A DNA stretch of 64,000 nucleotides, from IMG/VR virus record IMGVR_UViG_3300030108_005626, positions 3,304 through 67,303 of that record; one strand, 5' to 3'. Position numbers and translations under genes: made by a program. Source of the stretch: a virus. The first letter of the stretch is position 1. The number at the start of each line of letters is the position of its first letter. This document shows positions 58,499-64,000 of the stretch, piece after piece. The notes under the pieces are model-generated. The model ran no database searches. It had not been told where the DNA came from and saw nothing but the letters and a program-made list of their open reading frames with translations.

Positions 58499-59479
58499 AT
58501 GGCTTTTTTAGATAATTCTGGTGATATCATTTTGGACGCCGTTTTAACAGACACCGGACGTGCCAGACTTGCACGGGGAGACGGTTCTTTTAAGATTGTT
58601 AAATTTGCTTTAGGGGATGATGAAATTGATTATGAATCCTACAATCCGACACACCCCTCCGGCACAGCGTACTATGATTTAGAGATACTACAAACACCCA
58701 TATTTGAAGCGTTCACCAATAACACTTCTAACATGAAGTCAAAACTTATAAGTTTGACAAATAATAATTTGCTTTACCTACCGATGCTGGTTTTAAATAA
58801 CACCAATGGTACCACCCTTAGTTCGGAAGGTGCAAATTTTGCTCCAACGTCCGCAGGCGCATTTGTTGGGTCAGGTTCACATGTTTTGATTGTTGATAGT
58901 GATACTAATGATCAAGTTAATTCACGAGTTGGAAATCAAACAAGGGGTTACTTGAATGGTTTTACCCCTAGTCAGGGAAATCAAATTAGAGTTGACCAAG
59001 GACTAGATACAACTGAAATATCTCCTTCATTAATTCTAGATCCAGAGTTAAAAGAGACACAATATATTGTTGAATTAGATTCAAGATTTGCAAAAATATA
59101 TGATCCAAGCACATCAGACACACCGGTTGCGCAACCATCTTTCATTGATGATGATTTAATAGCATCTTACTATTTTACTATCAATGTTGGTGGGTTTGTT
59201 GAAAATGCTACCGTTGGACCTACCTCTGGTGCTGGTCAGGTTGATGCCGCAAAAACTTCAGCAGAAGTTATAAAAGGTCCAAGAGGTACACATTTAAGAT
59301 TGGGATTGTTGGCGTCTACTGACCTTGTTTCATCTGATTATCTATTTAATACACTAGGAAGTTCTTTCACTGACACCTCGAAGACATATGATTTTATCGA
59401 TACAACTGTTAGGGTCACTGGTGTCACCACTGGATATAGGTTAGATATCCCAATTAGAATATTAAAAGTAAGAGATTAA
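58499..59479 (+). CDS. Virion structural protein (tail-collar/baseplate-like N-terminus)
   Basis: VLTDTGRARLA...IVKFALGD resembles the start of tail-collar fibre (DUF3751-type) domains. Confidence 0.6.
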   Translation: MAFLDNSGDIILDAVLTDTGRARLARGDGSFKIVKFALGDDEIDYESYNPTHPSGTAYYDLEILQTPIFEAFTNNTSNMKSKLISLTNNNLLYLPMLVLNNTNGTTLSSEGANFAPTSAGAFVGSGSHVLIVDSDTNDQVNSRVGNQTRGYLNGFTPSQGNQIRVDQGLDTTEISPSLILDPELKETQYIVELDSRFAKIYDPSTSDTPVAQPSFIDDDLIASYYFTINVGGFVENATVGPTSGAGQVDAAKTSAEVIKGPRGTHLRLGLLASTDLVSSDYLFNTLGSSFTDTSKTYDFIDTTVRVTGVTTGYRLDIPIRILKVRD

Positions 59480-59494
59480 TATAAGGAAAAACAA

Positions 59495-60586
59495 ATGGCT
59501 ACTACATTTAAAACTTTATTGAATAGCGATATCGCTAACACACGGACGCTTCTGCACGAGGCGATTCCGATTACGGGTACAATTGTTTCAGGTACCTATC
59601 AAAACTCCGCAGCAGGTCCCGAAAAAAATATCAAGACTTTCGCTCACGGGATGTTCGAAGCGGTTTTTGATTATCCTTTTTTAAGTTCTTCTGCTAATCA
59701 TATTTTTGATATCACTGCTGGTTATGCTGCAGACAGTGTTTTGTCTGCAACAGCGAACACTCAAAATGCAAAAAAGATTAACATTTATAACCAGCACGCG
59801 CAAGTTTTAGTGGGTTATGATTCTGCTGGGGGTATTCAGAATTTTGATACTGATGGTAATATTCTCGATGGCGGAACTAAAATGAAAGAGGTATTTTTTG
59901 TTAATTTTTCTAGGTTGTTGACCAAAGACGAAATTAAAAAAGACTCTTTTAGAATAAAACTGTATGCGACTTCTAGTGCCGTCACCGACGCGGATAATAG
60001 AGATCATTTAGAAACTATTGGCGATTATGGCGCGACCACTGATTATAAAGTTAACTCTCCAGCGGGAGAGTACGGATTGCTTTATACTGCATCTACTGAC
60101 ATAGGAACAACTGTAAACCCAGTGCAGGGGCATGTTTATTATCAAGCAGGTATTGCTGTTATCACTGCGTCTTACTTTACCGGCGCCTTTGGCGATCCAA
60201 ATGGACCCGGTGTTGGGTTAGACCATAAGATAAACGTAGGTCAGGTCAACGCACAGTTTACAGGTTCGACAATCACTCAAATGGCAAATGGTTTGCGATA
60301 CACAATTGATAATATTGACTTTAATAACACAACTGAATTAAATTCAACCATTTATTTCTGTCGTGCAAACACTCAAGATTACAATTACAGTTCGAATCCA
60401 ACTTATTTAAATGCTAGTAAGATTAGGGTTAAAAACGATAACCCAAAAGCAGAACCGGTTTCTTACATTAGTACTGTTGGTCTTTACTCTGCAGACAATG
60501 AATTGTTGGCAGTTGCCAAGTTGTCAGAACCACTTAAGAAAAGTCCTTCGAATGAATTAACTTTGAGGGTTAGATTAGACTACTAA
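59495..60586 (+). CDS. Virion structural protein
   Basis: C-terminal YISTVGLYSADNELLAVAKLSEPLKK...RVRLDY; paralog of the next gene. Confidence 0.65.
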   Translation: MATTFKTLLNSDIANTRTLLHEAIPITGTIVSGTYQNSAAGPEKNIKTFAHGMFEAVFDYPFLSSSANHIFDITAGYAADSVLSATANTQNAKKINIYNQHAQVLVGYDSAGGIQNFDTDGNILDGGTKMKEVFFVNFSRLLTKDEIKKDSFRIKLYATSSAVTDADNRDHLETIGDYGATTDYKVNSPAGEYGLLYTASTDIGTTVNPVQGHVYYQAGIAVITASYFTGAFGDPNGPGVGLDHKINVGQVNAQFTGSTITQMANGLRYTIDNIDFNNTTELNSTIYFCRANTQDYNYSSNPTYLNASKIRVKNDNPKAEPVSYISTVGLYSADNELLAVAKLSEPLKKSPSNELTLRVRLDY

Positions 60587-60587
60587 A

Positions 60588-61796
60588 ATGCCTTATTACA
60601 AGTTCGGTCCAAAAGACATATTAAGAAACAGGATAAAAACCTATCCCGATAATACGTTTTTTGTTAATGATAATAAAGTCTATTATGGTAATAGAAATTT
60701 TATTTCTGGCGCACACACAGACAACGTAACTCATGTTCCGAGTGGTCACGTTAGTCTGTATGAGATGAACGTTGATAGAAATTTTAACGATCATCTATAC
60801 AATCCGGAAACAAATGTAGGTAAAAAGACAAAGATATTTCCTTTTATCACAAAGGGATCATCTTTAAATTCTTTTTCTACTGTTAGTGATAATAGCTTTA
60901 ATCAATTTCTATATGGTGATATAATAACAGGAAGTTATCCTCTTTCTTCTTCAATAGTTAGAGAGACGTTTACTAGTACGAGTAATCCAACTGGATCGCA
61001 CCTGTTGGCACTTAAAAACACTTTAAATTATTATACACCTTTGAGTAACCACTATGCTTTTTCTTCAGACTTGGGCGACAAAGCAGCACAAAATGTTACT
61101 CTTATAAGCATACCAAGTATATTTTATAGTTCTCAAATACATAAAAATTCTGTAAAGTTAGATTTTTTTATTTCGGGTACTTTGGTTGCAAGGTGTGAAG
61201 ATTTGTATAGAAATGGAGAGTTGATACAAACGAGTGGCACTACGTATGCTCAGACAAATGGATCAGGTTTGGTCGCTGGTGTTGTACTTTATAATGAAGG
61301 TTTTATTTTATTAACAGGTAGTTGGGATTTAACAGAGGGCACGTTTGATTTTGGTCCAGGATCAGCTAAGAGAGGTAATTGGAGAGATTTTGCTGTGGGC
61401 GCCAACGATGGAAGTCCCGCTGTTTCTCCGTCTGCGAGTTTTGCATTGAATTTTCAAGGCACTAACTATATTAACACTGTAACAATGAATGCAGATGCGC
61501 CGCTTGGTGACTTAAATTTTTCCACAAATCCAACATTTATTACACATGTACCCTCTGGTGAAAAATCTAATGTCACTGGGTCTTTAGGATATTTTCAAGA
61601 TAACCATTTGCAAATTAAAAACACTATTAGTTCTTCTTTTTACAAATATGATGCAGATTTTAAAAGACAAACATTTATTAGTAAAATAGGTATATATGAT
61701 AAAAATAAAAATCTTATTGCTATAGCAAACTTATCTAAACCAATTAAAAAGACAGAAGACAAAGACTACACATTTAGACTAAAATTAGACATTTAA
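60588..61796 (+). CDS. Virion structural protein, paralog of 59495-60586
   Basis: C-terminal FISKIGIYDKNKNLIAIANLSKPIKK...RLKLDI; shared N-F/Y-S-x-NPT motif. Confidence 0.65.
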   Translation: MPYYKFGPKDILRNRIKTYPDNTFFVNDNKVYYGNRNFISGAHTDNVTHVPSGHVSLYEMNVDRNFNDHLYNPETNVGKKTKIFPFITKGSSLNSFSTVSDNSFNQFLYGDIITGSYPLSSSIVRETFTSTSNPTGSHLLALKNTLNYYTPLSNHYAFSSDLGDKAAQNVTLISIPSIFYSSQIHKNSVKLDFFISGTLVARCEDLYRNGELIQTSGTTYAQTNGSGLVAGVVLYNEGFILLTGSWDLTEGTFDFGPGSAKRGNWRDFAVGANDGSPAVSPSASFALNFQGTNYINTVTMNADAPLGDLNFSTNPTFITHVPSGEKSNVTGSLGYFQDNHLQIKNTISSSFYKYDADFKRQTFISKIGIYDKNKNLIAIANLSKPIKKTEDKDYTFRLKLDI

Positions 61797-61808
61797 GGAA
61801 ACCACTAT

Positions 61809-62321
61809 ATGATATTAGGATTAGATATTAGCACCAGCATAACTGGTTTTTGTATCTTAGACGGAGAGGGAGAAATAATTCGCTCTGGTGTTTGGGATAC
61901 AAGAAACAAAAACAAGTTTGAAACGTTCTTTGACAAGGTTCAGCATGTTAAAGATGGACTACAAGAGATAAAAGCACAGTATCCAATCCAACGAGTATTT
62001 ATAGAGAAACCTTTTATGTTTTTTGGGTCAGGAGGATCTACAGCAAAAACTATGGCAGCATTGCAAAAGTTTAATGGTACAATCTCTTGGATATGCTATG
62101 AGACGTTCAAGCATCAACCAACCTACTTTACTGCCCAACAAGCACGAAAACTTAACGAAATAAAGGTAGAAAAAGGTAAAGATACTAAAAAGCAAATCCT
62201 ACAATGGGTGCTTGACAACTGCCCTGACTTTAGTGTAGAATATACTCATAAAGGAAATCCGCGACCAAAATATTTTGATATTGCTGATGCAATAGTAGTG
62301 GCAAAGGCAGGACTTAAATGA
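61809..62321 (+). CDS. ruvC: RuvC-like Holliday junction resolvase
   Basis: ILGLDIS...TG, FIE and DIADA catalytic acidic motifs. Confidence 0.8.
   Translation: MILGLDISTSITGFCILDGEGEIIRSGVWDTRNKNKFETFFDKVQHVKDGLQEIKAQYPIQRVFIEKPFMFFGSGGSTAKTMAALQKFNGTISWICYETFKHQPTYFTAQQARKLNEIKVEKGKDTKKQILQWVLDNCPDFSVEYTHKGNPRPKYFDIADAIVVAKAGLK
62212..62241 (+). promoter_or_regulatory. Possible sigma70-type promoter
   Basis: TTGACA (62212)-18 nt-TAGAAT (62236), upstream of the ykuK-like and primase genes. Confidence 0.4.
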
Positions 62322-62779
62322 ACTGGACTACCGGCGCAGGTAAATCCATAAACTTTTTCGATATCACACAAAAAATAAAATCTCATAACAAAAACAAAGG
62401 ACAGGTTATTGTAGGCACAGATTCTCACGTAAAAACGGGAAAATGTACTTTTACAACCACTATTGTCCTAGTTGGTGCTCAAAATCAAAAAGGAGGTCTT
62501 TACTTTTATAAAATAGAAAAGTATAATGACCCTGATAGATTTTACAACCGCATTCTTAAAGAAGCAGAGAAGTCAATAAATATGGCAATGAAGATAACAG
62601 AACTGTGCCCATCAACGAATGTAGAAATACATATTGACATTTCACCAGAAGAATGTAATAATAGAACCTCACCTATGGCTAAAATGTTAGTAGGATACGC
62701 AGTTGGATCTGGATTTGCTTGTAAGATTAAACCAGATTCTTTTGCTGCATCAGTAGTCGCAGACAAACATTCTAAATGA
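62318..62779 (+). CDS. RNase H-like YkuK (DUF458) family protein
   Basis: IVGTDS, RILKEAEKS, EIHID and IKPDSFAASVVADKH motifs. Confidence 0.85.
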   Translation: MNWTTGAGKSINFFDITQKIKSHNKNKGQVIVGTDSHVKTGKCTFTTTIVLVGAQNQKGGLYFYKIEKYNDPDRFYNRILKEAEKSINMAMKITELCPSTNVEIHIDISPEECNNRTSPMAKMLVGYAVGSGFACKIKPDSFAASVVADKHSK

Positions 62780-63702
62780 GAAATAAAAAAAATATATTAC
62801 GAGAAGTCCTTGGGTCTGGATACGACTCAAGAGATGAAACACTTTATCATTGTCCCTTTTGCAAACACCACAAAAAGAAACTGTCAGTCAATGTGATCAA
62901 AGGTTTTTTCAAGTGCTGGGTTTGTGATACAAAAGGTGCGATATCTTATCTTATAAAACGTTTTGGGTCTATAGATGATCGTCATGACTGGGCGCTGTTA
63001 GATCAAGAAGTGGACTTTTCCACTATGGATTTGATTTTTAATCAACCTGAAGAAAAGTTGCCTCCTGTTGAACTCCCATCAGAATACATATGTTTGGCAA
63101 AAAAAGATTTACCACCTGCCGCCAATGAAGCAATATCTTATTTGTGGTCGAGAGGTATAGGACAAAAAGATATATTGTATCACAAAATAGGATTTTGCTT
63201 GACAGGAAAGTATAAAAAGCGTATAATAATACCGTCCTTTGACGATGAGGGTAATTGCAATTACTTTACGGCGAGATCTTACACTGGAGATTGGTTGTCT
63301 TATAAAAACCCACCAACATCAAAAAATATTATTTTTAATGATCTTTTGATTGACTGGAATAAACCAGTAACTCTTGTTGAGGGTCCATTTGATGCCATCA
63401 AAATGAAAAACTCTATTCCTATTCTTGGTTCAACCTTAAAGGAAACGACAAAGTTATTTAAGAAGATTGTTGAAAAACAAACAAAAGTTTACATTGGTTT
63501 GGATGATGATGCTTTGAACAAATCAGTGAAAATTATCTCTCTATTTCTTGAGTATGGTTTAGATGTGTATAAGTTAGATACTTCTGAAATAGAAGACATT
63601 GGATCTATTACTAAAACAGAAGCAGAGGATTTAAAACAAGAAGCATCGCAAATCGATCTAGAAAGTATATTTAATATTTATTGGAGCATGAATGAGTTAT
63701 AA
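62776..63702 (+). CDS. DNA primase (Zn-binding domain + TOPRIM)
   Basis: CPFC..H...CWVC, RIIIP, YKNP, VEGPFDA and LDDDA motifs. Confidence 0.9.
   Translation: MRNKKNILREVLGSGYDSRDETLYHCPFCKHHKKKLSVNVIKGFFKCWVCDTKGAISYLIKRFGSIDDRHDWALLDQEVDFSTMDLIFNQPEEKLPPVELPSEYICLAKKDLPPAANEAISYLWSRGIGQKDILYHKIGFCLTGKYKKRIIIPSFDDEGNCNYFTARSYTGDWLSYKNPPTSKNIIFNDLLIDWNKPVTLVEGPFDAIKMKNSIPILGSTLKETTKLFKKIVEKQTKVYIGLDDDALNKSVKIISLFLEYGLDVYKLDTSEIEDIGSITKTEAEDLKQEASQIDLESIFNIYWSMNEL
63199..63227 (+). promoter_or_regulatory. Consensus sigma70-type promoter inside the primase gene
   Basis: TTGACA (63199)-17 nt-TATAAT (63222). Confidence 0.45.
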
Positions 63703-64000
63703 AATCGCCCACATCGCAGACACGCACATAAAAAATTTAAAATACCATAAAGAATATCGTGAAGTTTTCTCTAAACTTTTCGAACACTTACGCGAAGAGC
63801 AAGTAGATTACATCATCCACTGTGGAGACATTGCACACTCCAAAACAAATATCTCTCCTGAGTTTGTAAAGTTGTGCTCAGAATTTTTAAGTGGGTTAAA
63901 TTCTATTGCACCGACCTATATAATACTTGGAAACCATGACGGCAACTTGAAAAATAGTAGCCGAGAAGATGCTATTACTCCAATAGTTGAAGCTTTGGAT
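63692..64000 (+). CDS. Mre11/SbcD-like metallophosphoesterase nuclease (gp47-like), 3'-truncated; absent from the ORF track
   Basis: Manual translation from ATG 63692 gives MSYKIAHIADTH...HCGDIAH...LGNHD, open to the window end. Confidence 0.88.
   Translation, partial: MSYKIAHIADTHIKNLKYHKEYREVFSKLFEHLREEQVDYIIHCGDIAHSKTNISPEFVKLCSEFLSGLNSIAPTYIILGNHDGNLKNSSREDAITPIVEALD

Noticed and set aside
479-62766. Numerous short minus-strand and nested + strand ORFs in the ORF track (e.g. 10864-11307, 29074-29463, 32633-33118)
   Set aside because: They lie wholly within well-supported genes, lack recognisable motifs, and are the expected shadow ORFs.
1-64000. Eukaryotic giant virus origin
   Set aside because: Shine-Dalgarno sites, coupled operons, a sigma factor and gp25/gp6 baseplate genes indicate a bacteriophage.
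1-64000. Alternative genetic code (stop-codon reassignment)
   Set aside because: Standard-code ORFs tile the window almost without gaps, including 3-9 kb genes, and TAA, TAG and TGA all terminate genes at sensible boundaries.
1-64000. tRNAs, introns, inteins, IS elements or a diversity-generating retroelement
   Set aside because: Intergenic gaps are too short, and I saw no reverse transcriptase, transposase, homing endonuclease, intein termini or template/variable repeat pair. This was by eye only; tRNAscan and a self dot-plot would be decisive.

Overview
AT-rich, densely coded, almost entirely + strand segment of a large tailed dsDNA bacteriophage (myovirus/jumbo-phage type). It uses the standard code, has AGGAG Shine-Dalgarno sites and many overlapping stop/start codons. 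The order is: (1) 1-7.2 kb accessory genes (cytidylyltransferase-family protein, Fis-like HTH, a lone minus-strand trypsin-like lipoprotein, PIN-PhoH, HEXXH peptidase, Cas4-like nuclease); (2) 7.2-26.8 kb, 25 contiguous genes for nucleotide-sugar synthesis and glycosyl transfer, with no recognisable flippase, polymerase or other membrane protein; (3) FmdB zinc ribbon and a gp55-like sigma factor; (4) 28.5-61.8 kb baseplate/tail genes (GH25 lysozyme, spike, gp25, gp6, a 3116-aa gp7-like LamG protein, paralogous collar-like proteins); (5) RuvC, YkuK, primase and the start of an Mre11/SbcD nuclease. The best candidate for a new system is a soluble, phage-encoded glycosylation system. It includes a GmhA-less higher-carbon sugar (heptose/octose) module with an RpiB-nucleotidyltransferase fusion, and its acceptors may be virion proteins enriched in [S/T]-[G/A/S]-[S/T] tripeptides. 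All assignments come from reading motifs by eye; no searches were run.
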